Source: Candidatus Scalinduaceae bacterium (GTDB lineage: Bacteria; Planctomycetota; Brocadiia; Brocadiales; Scalinduaceae). From it: 50,416 bases of DNA. The stretch lies in the NCBI GenBank assembly GCA_046759445.1, contig JBHICG010000018.1, positions 1 to 50,416 of the forward strand, written 5' to 3'. Positions 38,425 to 48,253 of this stretch are shown one piece after another. A program made the translations under genes and the position numbers. Positions within the stretch are counted from its first letter, which is position 1; each line of letters begins with the position of its first letter. The notes under the pieces were generated by a model that was given only the letters and a program-made list of their open reading frames with translations, did not search any database and was not told where the DNA came from.

Positions 38425-39150
38425 CTATTCTTTTACCACGAACATACCTTGTACGTCATCTAATAATACCATTTTAACTCTTTCATGCCAGAGGTTGCCA
38501 AATTCCTTAATTTCTTCATCAGAACCTGTTCCGCTAACTGCTAAAGGCATTAGGTCCGCCATCTTTGGATTACCTGGAAGCATATTATTTGTATAGGTAA
38601 CTTCTACAGACTTTCCGTTATCAATCCTTTCAAAGACTGCCGAACATATAGCACCTGCTGGAGGTTGGCTATTCTCATCAAATTTTAATAAATTGTGTCT
38701 ATTGAATCTTCCGCCTCCCAGTCCATGAAATCCGTTTTCTGCAGCAGCGCCTGTTATGAAGGTAACAACTTGAGATATTGGACCGTTGACCTTATGTTCT
38801 ACACCTCCTCTAAATGTTACTTTTATGTTTCCTCTAACAGGAATATCTTCACCATAAAGATGTTTTAATGCAGTCTGTGTTAATCTATATGCACCAGATA
38901 CCGCGGGACAGGAATGACCTGCAATTTTCACAGCGTCTTCATATTTATATACAAAAACTTCTTCCTTGTCCATTGCACCTAAAGTAATTGCAAGTGGATC
39001 TCTAATTTTAATTGGTTTTATCTGGTCAAAGAAATCTTTATTGAACTTGGTCTGTCCTTCTGCCATTACGTTACCTCCAATAACTAAAAGTATAAAAAAA
39101 GATAAATACATTAGCATACTTCCACATAATCTAAATACTCTTTGTTCCAC
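38425..39150 (-). CDS. FmdE-like metal-binding protein with optional signal peptide
   Basis: AGHSCPAVSGAY motif, GFHGLGG; two candidate starts, each with GGAGG. Confidence 0.7.
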   Translation of the reverse strand: MEQRVFRLCGSMLMYLSFFILLVIGGNVMAEGQTKFNKDFFDQIKPIKIRDPLAITLGAMDKEEVFVYKYEDAVKIAGHSCPAVSGAYRLTQTALKHLYGEDIPVRGNIKVTFRGGVEHKVNGPISQVVTFITGAAAENGFHGLGGGRFNRHNLLKFDENSQPPAGAICSAVFERIDNGKSVEVTYTNNMLPGNPKMADLMPLAVSGTGSDEEIKEFGNLWHERVKMVLLDDVQGMFVVKE

Positions 39151-39171
39151 TATAAAACATCCTCCGCTAAT

Positions 39172-39479
39172 TTACTTGTTTTTAAACCTTAAAACAATAC
39201 CCCTTGCAAGAATATAATATGCTCCTATCCCTAGAAGCATATTAAAAATGTTAAATGACAAAGGTAGTTGTTTTTCAAATCCAAAAATTATAGTTAGAAA
39301 AAAAACACCGTACCTAAATGAAAATAAACAATCACTAAAAACCAATTTAATTTGACAATTATCTTCTTGCAGTTTGTGCACTCAAATGTATTCTTATTGC
39401 AAGAGGGTATAAACCCCCAAACAATACTTGTCATAGCTTTCAGTTGTAATGGTTTTGAGCAGCTTGGGCAGGGATACAC
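39172..39479 (-). pseudogene. zinc-ribbon plus TM protein split at a T8 tract
   Basis: CPSC...CTNC in ORF 39294-39479; hydrophobic continuation in ORF 39172-39381; A8 at 39298-39305. Confidence 0.55.
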
Positions 39480-39555
39480 TTGTTTATCGTCAATAAATTA
39501 CAGATTCTAAAAACGCCATTATAAATTAAAAAAATGGAAAATCAAACTGAAAAAA

Positions 39556-40311
39556 TTATTGTGATTTATGACGGTATGCGTGAGTGAAGTGTTTATCGTA
39601 TAGTTTAGAGTACTCAAATTGTTTGGAAAGAACATTTCCTACAATTATTATTGCTGTTTTTTCAATGCAATTTAGAATAGTATCCTCAACAATATTAGAA
39701 AGGTTAGAAATAATAACCTTTTCATCTTTCCAGCTTGCTTTATAAATTATGGCAGCAGGGCAATGTTCTCCGTAGATCGGTTTAAGTATGTTCACAACCT
39801 TATTAATTTGTTTAATACTTAAAAAGATGCAAAGCGTTGCCTTCGATTCTGCAAGTATTTCTAATTTTTCAGTTACTGGCGTAAGAGTTTTCCCCTCAAT
39901 GCGGGTTATTATTACGGTTTGTGATATACCAGGTAATGTCAATTCCTGCCTTAAAGCTGATGCTGCAGCAAGAAACGAACTTACCCCTGGTACTATTTCA
40001 TAATTAATTCCTCTTTTATCTAATTCCAACATCTGTTCTTGTATTGCTCCATAAATTGATGGATCACCAGTATGAAGCCTTGCAACATCTTCATTCATTG
40101 CTTTTGCCTCTTCCATTATAGATATTATTTCCTCTAAGGTCATTGATGCAGAATTAAATTTCTTTGAATCTTTTCTGCAATAATCAAGGATATCCGGATT
40201 TATGAGGGATCCTGCATATATGCAATATCTTGATCTTTCAATAATTATTTTCCCCTTTACGGTTATTAATTCAGGATCACCAGGACCAGCACCAATGAAA
40301 TATACTTTCAT
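39556..40311 (-). CDS. cobM: precorrin-4/cobalt-precorrin-4 C11-methyltransferase
   Basis: IGAGPGDPELIT, YAGSL, RLHTGDPSIYGA, SQTVIITR, SKLYD. Confidence 0.93.
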   Translation of the reverse strand: MKVYFIGAGPGDPELITVKGKIIIERSRYCIYAGSLINPDILDYCRKDSKKFNSASMTLEEIISIMEEAKAMNEDVARLHTGDPSIYGAIQEQMLELDKRGINYEIVPGVSSFLAAASALRQELTLPGISQTVIITRIEGKTLTPVTEKLEILAESKATLCIFLSIKQINKVVNILKPIYGEHCPAAIIYKASWKDEKVIISNLSNIVEDTILNCIEKTAIIIVGNVLSKQFEYSKLYDKHFTHAYRHKSQ

Positions 40312-40423
40312 AGATAATATTTCTGTATATTAAAGCATTATGAAAATTTGTATAAAATATTTGAACATTTTTATGTGTTGTCTGAATTTATGTACATAGC
40401 AGGCAACAAAGGTTGAAACTATT

Positions 40424-41848
40424 TTAGGAAAATGAAAATTTGATTATATAATAGAATACCGCGGTTAAAAGTGCTCCGGCAGGTATTGTAATTACCCATG
40501 AGATGAGTATATCGCGAATAGTTTTCAGATTCAAGGAACTTAAACCTCTGGCCAACCCCACACCTAGAACGGCTCCGACTAGAGTATGGGTCGTTGATAC
40601 TGGTAAAGCGAGTTTAGAGGCCAATACAATTGTTATGGCGGCTCCGAATTCAGCAGAAAAACCCCTCGTGGGAGTTAATTCAGTAATATACTTTCCAACA
40701 GTTTCAATGACACGCCATCCCCAAGTGGCAAGCCCAACAACAATACCCAGCCCTCCTAATAAGAGAATTAATAAAGGAACCTCGGCCTTCATTTCTACAA
40801 CTCCATTCTTTATCGCAGAAAGAACTCCTGCTAATGGTCCAATAGCATTGGCCACATCGTTAGCTCCATGAGCAAATGCAACAAAACAGGCGCTCAAAAT
40901 TTGTAAATAAATAAAAATCTTTTCTACCGTTTGAAAATCGGTACTGATGTGTTTTTTATGAGAGTATCTTTCTAATTGATTAGAGATGATTTCTGATTTA
41001 TCCAATAAGTGGGTGACTTCATCAGAGAGCTCTCCCGTGACGGATTCTTTTACCCTTCTAAGATGCATTACTACCTTTTGAATACCCTTTTCTACTTTAG
41101 GATCAATAAATTCATTTTCTTCCTCTCCATATTTCGGGGTTTTAACTCTATTGACCAGGGGTATACTGATAATTGCACCTAATAATCCTACTAGAGAAGC
41201 AAGTATCAGGGCGTGATAAAAGGGTAGATCGAGGTGAAGATTCTTTAGTCCCTTGAAGACCATCACCAGTGTTAAAATTCCAACAACAAAAAATACTAAA
41301 TATGGTGTCATTCTTTTTGCTGATAAAACTGGAGTTTTAGAATAAAAAATAATTCTTCTCAAAAGGCAAAATATCAAAAAAGAGATCGTTCCACTTAGAA
41401 TAGGCGATACGACCCAACTAGCGGCAATCTGCGATACCTTGTTCCAGTGAATGGAGCCAAATCCGCTAAAGATAATGCCGAATCCCAAAACAGAACCAAC
41501 TATAGCATGAGTGGTAGAAACAGGCCATCCTTTAAACGAAGCAATATTCAGCCATGTGCCAGCGGCCAATAATGCTGCGATCATTCCATAGATATAACTA
41601 TTTGGATCTCCAGAAAATATAACGGGATCGACAATTCCCTTTCTGACGGTATTTGTGACATGTGAACCAACAAAAAATGCTCCGGCAAATTCCATGACGA
41701 CAGCGACGAGAATTGCCCGCTTAAGGGTTAAAGCCCCTGAGCCGACTGATGTTCCCATGGCATTTGCAACATCATTTGCGCCAATATTCCAAGCCATGTA
41801 AAAGCTGATTGCCAAGGCAAGAATAATGAGTATCGTTTCAGGATTCAG
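40424..41848 (-). CDS. pit: inorganic phosphate transporter, PiT family
   Basis: Two GANDVAN signatures, two PVSTTH motifs; probable CTG start at 41848. Confidence 0.93.
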   Translation of the reverse strand: MNPETILIILALAISFYMAWNIGANDVANAMGTSVGSGALTLKRAILVAVVMEFAGAFFVGSHVTNTVRKGIVDPVIFSGDPNSYIYGMIAALLAAGTWLNIASFKGWPVSTTHAIVGSVLGFGIIFSGFGSIHWNKVSQIAASWVVSPILSGTISFLIFCLLRRIIFYSKTPVLSAKRMTPYLVFFVVGILTLVMVFKGLKNLHLDLPFYHALILASLVGLLGAIISIPLVNRVKTPKYGEEENEFIDPKVEKGIQKVVMHLRRVKESVTGELSDEVTHLLDKSEIISNQLERYSHKKHISTDFQTVEKIFIYLQILSACFVAFAHGANDVANAIGPLAGVLSAIKNGVVEMKAEVPLLILLLGGLGIVVGLATWGWRVIETVGKYITELTPTRGFSAEFGAAITIVLASKLALPVSTTHTLVGAVLGVGLARGLSSLNLKTIRDILISWVITIPAGALLTAVFYYIIKFSFS

Positions 41849-41866
41849 GTGTCTCTCTCCTTAGTG

Positions 41867-42541
41867 TTATTCAAGGTCGAGTAGGTTGCGAATACGGTGG
41901 GCCAATTTTTCAGAAGTGTTGGATAATGTTCTTATTTCTCTCAGAATTGATAACCACAATTGGAATTCCCCATGTGAAAAATGTTCTTCATTGCTGAATA
42001 TATTCTTAAGTAACTGCCTTTGAGATAAATCGGTTTCATGCTCCTTCAGGGCTACTTTGTTAACCATAGACTTGACTTTTTCAGCCTCACTACCGGTAAA
42101 AGACGTCTCGAGTAAATTATCAAACTCCTCAATGATAATTTTGATGAGTTCATAAGTTTCTAAATTTTTCTTTAAAAAGTTTTTGAAATCATCTTTGAAT
42201 TCTTCTTTTAATGTAAGTTTTTTAAGTGTCAGCAGTATTCCGATATCCTCACAATCGTCTGCGATATCATCTTGCAATGATAAGATTTCTAATAATGCAC
42301 CTTTGCTGATAGGCATAAATAGGCTGCTTGGAAGATGATTGCGCAATTCATGTTTTGTAGTATCTGCTTTTGCTTCGAGCTTTGAGAGTTCTTTGGCTAT
42401 TCGTGAGATAGAATCGGAATCGTTTTTTTCCAAAGCCGCAAATATTTCTTTTACTTTATTGACACATTCATTTACATCCTCCATATGCTTTTGCAGGGGA
42501 GCGAATGGGGATTTTGCAAATAATTTTGCCAGCGTTCTCAT
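41867..42541 (-). CDS. DUF47 / TIGR00153 PhoU-like phosphate transport regulator
   Basis: LFAKSPF-x-PLQ-x-H, LE-x-x-AD, QDDIAD, EHETD; directly upstream of pit. Confidence 0.9.
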   Translation of the reverse strand: MRTLAKLFAKSPFAPLQKHMEDVNECVNKVKEIFAALEKNDSDSISRIAKELSKLEAKADTTKHELRNHLPSSLFMPISKGALLEILSLQDDIADDCEDIGILLTLKKLTLKEEFKDDFKNFLKKNLETYELIKIIIEEFDNLLETSFTGSEAEKVKSMVNKVALKEHETDLSQRQLLKNIFSNEEHFSHGEFQLWLSILREIRTLSNTSEKLAHRIRNLLDLE

Positions 42542-43163
42542 GACGATTGATCAAAAAATAATGTTTGATAAATAGATGTTTGAAAGTGCTCCTCACTGAT
42601 TCAGATTCAGTGAGAAGGATTCGCTTTTTTGTGCCAAAGTGAATGGTTGTATATTAAAACAAAAACCTGTAAGATTTCAATAATATTTTTAAATTTATAA
42701 AATATGCTTCATAATAACAAGTCACAAGATTGGGAATATTCCGTATTTTACTGTTACATTAAGTCTGCAAAATTTTCTAACAGAGGGAGATTTAGACACT
42801 GTGCAAAAAATGGTGATAGACATGTATTATACCTGTATACCTATCAGTTAAAGTGGATTATGCTTAAAAGACGTGATCAGTTATATGGTATGATAGCGTG
42901 ATTTAGGCAAGCAAGAACGTGTAAAAGAGTTTTGGTAACACTAATATTTCAACAAGTTGATAGTTTAACTAAGAACGCAGGACTTCAAAAGATAAAGTGA
43001 TAAAGGTAAATAAACTATATTTGTAAAATTTGGAAAAATACTATTTCTCAGTTGCCTGTAAGGACATGCCATTCTTGTATAATACTTCTTTGCCCTAATG
43101 TAAAGCATTTAAACAATTGAAGTATGTAATAGGTGGGGTTTAGCAGTTAGTCTTGAAGCATTG

Positions 43164-43535
43164 TTAATGATTGCGCAATCTATTTATCAACAGGATCCTT
43201 GTATCATAATTATGTGTATCAACTGTCTCGTTGTAAAAAGGACGATCTTCATACCAATCTCTGACTTTTAGACATATATTCTTTAACTTGCCAATGACAG
43301 TTGTAAATATTGGTTTCATCATCTCTAAAAACCCTAATATAGTTTTATTGTCTTTTGCTTTCTGTGCAGATAAAGAATACTCTGAGTTAGAATTCTGTGG
43401 TTCAATTATGCGGTCAAGTAACGTTATTGGTAGTGAAAGTTCCAATCTTTTGTGAACTCGTCTTTCAATGCCTTTTGAAGTGCCTGTTACAGACATTTCA
43501 TTTTCTATATTACCGATCATTACGTTGCTTCCCAT
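43164..43535 (-). CDS. hypothetical protein with PilZ-type RxxxR N-terminal motif
   Basis: ERRVHKRLELSLPI; GGAGGT RBS; second PilZ motif (D/NxSxxG) not evident. Confidence 0.55.
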   Translation of the reverse strand: MGSNVMIGNIENEMSVTGTSKGIERRVHKRLELSLPITLLDRIIEPQNSNSEYSLSAQKAKDNKTILGFLEMMKPIFTTVIGKLKNICLKVRDWYEDRPFYNETVDTHNYDTRILLINRLRNH

Positions 43536-43686
43536 AATATTACCTCCTTTTACCCATTATTTTAGGGCCAGTTGCTAGGTATAATAAAACAAAGAAAACT
43601 GGTATTAGTAATTCCATATATTATATTCATTCACACTACAGTATTTGTTGAAACATCTTTAACAGAAAAACCAAATGTCTTTCAAT

Positions 43687-43702
43687 CGCAATCACAATGC
43701 CA
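43687..43702 (-). promoter_or_regulatory. sigma54 (-24/-12) promoter
   Basis: Minus strand TGGCATTGTGATTGCG (GG-N10-GC), upstream of 43535. Confidence 0.7.
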
Positions 43703-44127
43703 GCGTGTTCTTTTTAGCCTAAAATTCTCATAACATCCCGATATAAGTATAGATGCGGGTTATGGTTATTTTTATTTGATATGTAATTTAAGCTAATCTT
43801 GTCTGATAAAGAAACGGCTTGGTTCAAAATAAGACCGTTCAGCTTTTTATATTTTCCGATTTTAAAATAGGCGAACTTTTTTATGTGTTTACATAGAAAG
43901 TCCGATAGAGCCTTCAGGGATAATGTAATAATTGTCATTTTGCAAGATGGTGAGAGCAAATGTAAATTTTCTTATGTATTAATTATTGGAATGGATGGAG
44001 TAAATGTGAGATTTGAATGGAAAGCCGTAAGAAAAACAGATGCTACTTGGAACGAATAGTTTAATTGAATTTATACAATTGGATAAAAAATGAATATCGA
44101 ATAAGTAATAATGTAATTTTTAAAGCC

Positions 44128-45273
44128 CTAAAATTTTAGTGCCTTTTCAAGGTCATCTTTTAAATCATCAACATTTTCAATCCCAACAGAGATTCTGATA
44201 AGTTCATCAGATATTCCTGTTTTCTCCCTGATTTCCTTTGGAAGAGATGCATGCGTCATTATTGCTGGATGTTCTATTAGTGACTCTACGCCGCCTAGAC
44301 TCTCTGCCAAGGAGAATATGTTTACTCTTTCAAGAAAGCCCTTAGCTGCACCTAATCCTCCCTTTATGAAAAATGTTATTATGCCTCCATATCCCTCCAT
44401 CTGTTTCCTTGCAAGTTCGTGTTGTGGATGTGAGCCTAATCCTGGATAAATAACCCTTCTTATTTTTGAATGATTATCTAAAAACTGTGCTATTTTCAGC
44501 GCATTTTTCTCGTGTCTTTCCATCCTTATGGCAAGAGTTTTAATTCCGCGTAGAACCAGGAAACAGTCGAAGGGACCTGGTACTGCACCTGCTGCATTTT
44601 GAAGAAACCGGAGTTTATCATATAACCCATCATCATTAGTTACAATAGCACCACCAATAACGTCACTGTGGCCGTTTAGATACTTGGTAGTGCTGTGCAT
44701 AATTATGTCAGCTCCAAATTTTAAGGGTTTCTGAAAGAAAGGAGTTGCAAAGGTATTATCAACAACCGTTAATATGCCATTCTTTTTTGCAATATTGGCA
44801 ATTGCTTCAATATCTATTAGTTTTAGAAGAGGGTTTGAAGGACTTTCAATCCATACTAACTTTGTGTTATCTTTTATGTATATTTCCAGAGATTGAGGGT
44901 TTGTTAAATCTATAAAATCATATTCAAGATCGAATCTTTTCAATACCTTATCAAACAATCTAAAAGTTCCACCATAGACATCATCGCAGCAGATAATATG
45001 ATCACCTGTACTTAACATCTGAGTAATCGTTAAAATAGCCGACATCCCTGATGAAAAGGTAAGCCCATAATTTCCTTCTTCAAGTGATGCAATATTTCTT
45101 TCGAGTGCCGTTCTGGTGGGGTTATGAGTTCTGGAGTAATCGTATCCTTTATGCTTGCCGGGAGAATCTTGAACGTACGTACTTGTTTGAAATATTGGCG
45201 TCATTATAGCGCCAGTGCCTGAATCAGCTTCACATCCAGCATGGATGGCCCTCGTTTCAAATTTCTGTTTCAT
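44128..45273 (-). CDS. cystathionine gamma-lyase/synthase (Cys/Met metabolism PLP enzyme)
   Basis: YDYSR-x-x-NPTR, FSSGM, DNTFATP, HSTTKYLNGHSD, AESLGGVESL; start at ATG 45273. Confidence 0.93.
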   Translation of the reverse strand: MKQKFETRAIHAGCEADSGTGAIMTPIFQTSTYVQDSPGKHKGYDYSRTHNPTRTALERNIASLEEGNYGLTFSSGMSAILTITQMLSTGDHIICCDDVYGGTFRLFDKVLKRFDLEYDFIDLTNPQSLEIYIKDNTKLVWIESPSNPLLKLIDIEAIANIAKKNGILTVVDNTFATPFFQKPLKFGADIIMHSTTKYLNGHSDVIGGAIVTNDDGLYDKLRFLQNAAGAVPGPFDCFLVLRGIKTLAIRMERHEKNALKIAQFLDNHSKIRRVIYPGLGSHPQHELARKQMEGYGGIITFFIKGGLGAAKGFLERVNIFSLAESLGGVESLIEHPAIMTHASLPKEIREKTGISDELIRISVGIENVDDLKDDLEKALKF

Positions 45274-45286
45274 ATTATGTCCCCCT

Positions 45287-46357
45287 TTATTCCAAAAAAC
45301 CATTCTCTTTCATCCATTCATCGTTATATATCTTGCTGAGGTACCTGTTGCCAGAGTCTGGAAGGATCACGACAATGTTTTTGCTCTCTTTAATTCCCTT
45401 GGCAAATTTAATGGCTGCCCACACAGCGCTACCGCTCGAACCTCCTGCAAAGATTCCCTCTTCCCTTGCCAATCTCCTTGTCATTAAAAATGAATCTTTA
45501 TCATTAACCTTGATGATATCGTCAATCAGGTCAAAATCAACGGCCTTTACAAGGTAGTCTTCTCCAATTCCCTCCACTTTATAAACGTGCGGTTTTATAA
45601 GCTTACATGTCTTGAAATAATCATAAAAGACTGAACCTGCTGGGTCAACGGCAATTATCTTTATTTCAGGATTCTTTTCCTTAAGATATCTTCCAGCCCC
45701 ACTCAATGTACCTCCAGTTCCAATCCCGGCAATAAAATAATCTATATTTCCACCTGTCTGTTTCCATATTTCGGGCCCTGTGGTGTAGTAGTGAGAATCA
45801 ATATTCCTTGGATTGTTATATTGATCTGGATAGTATGAATTTGGGGTTTCTTTAGCTATTCTTTTGGCAACACTGTAATAACTTTCGTGAGAATCTGGAG
45901 GTACATCGGTAGGAGTTACAACAACTTCTGCGCCGAATGCCTTCATCAAGTTCTTTTTCTCATCGCTCATCTTGTCAGGCATTGTGATTATGCACTTGTA
46001 ACCCTTTACTGCTGCTATCATGGCAAGGGCAGCGCCAGTATTACCCGAGGAGTTTTCTACTATGGTTCCTCCAGGTTTTAAAAGCCCCCTCCTTTCTGCA
46101 TCTTCAATGATAAACAATGCCATTCTGTCCTTTACACTCCCAGCGGGGTTAAGAAATTCAAGCTTAACAAAGATATTTGAGTTTATGTCTCTTGTTATCT
46201 TGTTCAACCCTACTATTGGCGTCCAGCCAATGGTCTTCAGAATATCAGGGGTTACTTTCCCAAATTTTTCTATTAATGATCTTAAGTCGGCCTTAATAGC
46301 TCGTTCTTTCTTAAGAATGTGCTTTTGTTTAGAGATAAGCGTTTGAATCATAAACAT
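45287..46357 (-). CDS. cystathionine beta-synthase / cysteine synthase family protein
   Basis: NPAGSVKDR, SSGNTG, GIGTGGT, YKVEGIG, YLSKIYNDEWM; no CBS-pair domain. Confidence 0.92.
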   Translation of the reverse strand: MFMIQTLISKQKHILKKERAIKADLRSLIEKFGKVTPDILKTIGWTPIVGLNKITRDINSNIFVKLEFLNPAGSVKDRMALFIIEDAERRGLLKPGGTIVENSSGNTGAALAMIAAVKGYKCIITMPDKMSDEKKNLMKAFGAEVVVTPTDVPPDSHESYYSVAKRIAKETPNSYYPDQYNNPRNIDSHYYTTGPEIWKQTGGNIDYFIAGIGTGGTLSGAGRYLKEKNPEIKIIAVDPAGSVFYDYFKTCKLIKPHVYKVEGIGEDYLVKAVDFDLIDDIIKVNDKDSFLMTRRLAREEGIFAGGSSGSAVWAAIKFAKGIKESKNIVVILPDSGNRYLSKIYNDEWMKENGFLE

Positions 46358-46624
46358 TTCTTGCTCCTCCTTTAAGGGTATGTAAAATCACTTGTTGGAG
46401 GCATGAATTCTATAATCCTTTTTATTACATACTCTAAACATATTATATTACATAAATTGATGTAAAAGAAGGAATAATGGAAAAAAGGTTAAGGTTGTAT
46501 GTAACCTAGTTTTGAAATTATTAAATGTGGATTTTTGGTTGTGGGTTGTAGATTTGAAGGACAAGGCAAAAGCGGAAAAGACAGAACGTAAATATACAAA
46601 CCTTACCCAGCAGTTTTTAGTTTT

Positions 46625-46654
46625 ATAGCCTGTTATAGACTGTCATAGACTGTC
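46625..46654. repeat. three tandem 10 bp direct repeats
   Basis: ATAGCCTGTT ATAGACTGTC ATAGACTGTC. Confidence 0.7.
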
Positions 46655-46809
46655 TAATACTCTCCATGACATTTTTTTAAATCTCATAAAAACACCGAAA
46701 ATATACCAATTTTCATGTCAAATATCGTTGATTGCTGTAAGGAATAGTATGGATACTTTTCTTTATATAGAATAAGTACTTAATTCAAAATTGAGTAAAC
46801 ATAATACCC

Positions 46810-46833
46810 TATGTTGATTTTAGTAAACATTTT
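46810..46833. promoter_or_regulatory. imperfect palindromic regulator-binding site, copy B (candidate enhancer site)
   Basis: TATGTTGATTTTAGTAAACATTTT; a further AGTAAACAT half-site lies just upstream. Confidence 0.6.
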
Positions 46834-46936
46834 AGACTAGAGGTTTAATTATCTTTCCTTGTTATTATACTAAAAAGCCAAATCCTAAGATACTTTCCTT
46901 ACATGACTTAAGAATGATTTATTGATAATGCATTAA

Positions 46937-46952
46937 TGGTACAAAAGTTGCT
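46937..46952 (+). promoter_or_regulatory. sigma54 (-24/-12) promoter
   Basis: TGGTACAAAAGTTGCT (GG-N10-GC). Confidence 0.72.
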
Positions 46953-47035
46953 TTTGTGTAAACCATCTAACTAATTAAATGGCTGTATTTGAGACAGCTT
47001 ACAATCATCAAGACATCTCTTTATGGAGGTGCGTT

Positions 47036-48211
47036 ATGACTTTATGTATGAATATGAATTACTGTGATAATGATAACACAGAAAAGAAGAAGAAAATACT
47101 TATGCTAAATTTCGAATTCCCTCCTATTGGTGGAGGCGCTGCAAATGCTAATTATTATTTGTTAAAAGAATTTGCAAAAGATCCTGAATTAGAAATAGAC
47201 CTGGTTACATCCAGTGTAAGCAGTACTTTTGAGTCTGAACGTTTTTCTAATAATATCGAAATTTTTAAATTAAATATTAATAAGAAAGATTTGCAATATT
47301 GGAGGATGTCTGAAATTGCATTATGGACCTGGAAGGCTTATTGGTTTTCTAAACGGTTAGTCAAAAAAAACAATTATGATCTATGTCATTGCTGGTTTGG
47401 GTGGCCTGCGGGAATTATCGGTTTTTTGTTAAGAAAAAACATTTCTTACATCGTTGCTTTACGTGGTTCTGACGTTCCTGATTACAATGCACGATTAAGG
47501 GCTTTAGACAAAAATTATTTTAAATTTATTTCTACGATCGTATGGCAAAATGCCAAAACAGTTGCTGCTAACAGTAAAAATTTAAGAGAACTAGCCAGAA
47601 AAACTTATGATAAAAAAAGTATTCACGTTATCTATAATGGTGTAAATATCACTGAATTTAAACCAGATATTAACAGATCTGAATTAAATGTCCTGTTCGT
47701 AGGACGACTCATAAAACGAAAAGGAGTAATATATCTAATAAAGGCTTATAAAGAAGTATGTGATGGGTATAACAACTTCAAATTAATCATAGTCGGCGGA
47801 GGTCCTGAAAGGGAATATTTAGAAAATTTTTGTAAATTAGCGAAAATAGAAACTAAAGTGGAATTTTTAGGAGCAGTAAAGCATAAAGATATTGCCGGTA
47901 TATATCAAAAAGCCAATATTTTGGTACTGCCTTCTCTTGAAGAATCGCTAGCTAACGTAACTCTAGAAGCTATGGCATCAGGATTGCCAATCATAACAAC
48001 AAACACAGGCGCTGCAGAATTAATGGATGGAAATGGCTTTATTGTAGAAAAGGAGAATTATAAACAAATTAAAGAAGCAATAATACAATATGTGGATAAT
48101 CCAGAATTACTTATGAAACATGGTAAAAAGTCTAGAAAGACAGCTGAAAAGATGAGTTGGACTAATGCTGCTAAAGCATATATACGCATTTACGATAGTA
48201 TAATAAAATGA
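47036..48211 (+). CDS. glycosyltransferase family 4 (GT-B)
   Basis: EFPPIGGGAA, FVGRL-x-x-RKG, E-x7-E (ESLANVTLEAMASGLP); GGAGGT RBS before ATG 47036. Confidence 0.92.
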   Translation: MTLCMNMNYCDNDNTEKKKKILMLNFEFPPIGGGAANANYYLLKEFAKDPELEIDLVTSSVSSTFESERFSNNIEIFKLNINKKDLQYWRMSEIALWTWKAYWFSKRLVKKNNYDLCHCWFGWPAGIIGFLLRKNISYIVALRGSDVPDYNARLRALDKNYFKFISTIVWQNAKTVAANSKNLRELARKTYDKKSIHVIYNGVNITEFKPDINRSELNVLFVGRLIKRKGVIYLIKAYKEVCDGYNNFKLIIVGGGPEREYLENFCKLAKIETKVEFLGAVKHKDIAGIYQKANILVLPSLEESLANVTLEAMASGLPIITTNTGAAELMDGNGFIVEKENYKQIKEAIIQYVDNPELLMKHGKKSRKTAEKMSWTNAAKAYIRIYDSIIK

Positions 48212-48253
48212 GTAATTGAACGTATAGTAAGGTTTTAATACAAAACCAGAAGG

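Noticed and set aside
42704..42901. 65-aa ORF, and likewise 43714-43959
   Set aside because: No RBS or motif; they lie in AT-rich regulatory DNA and are likely spurious.
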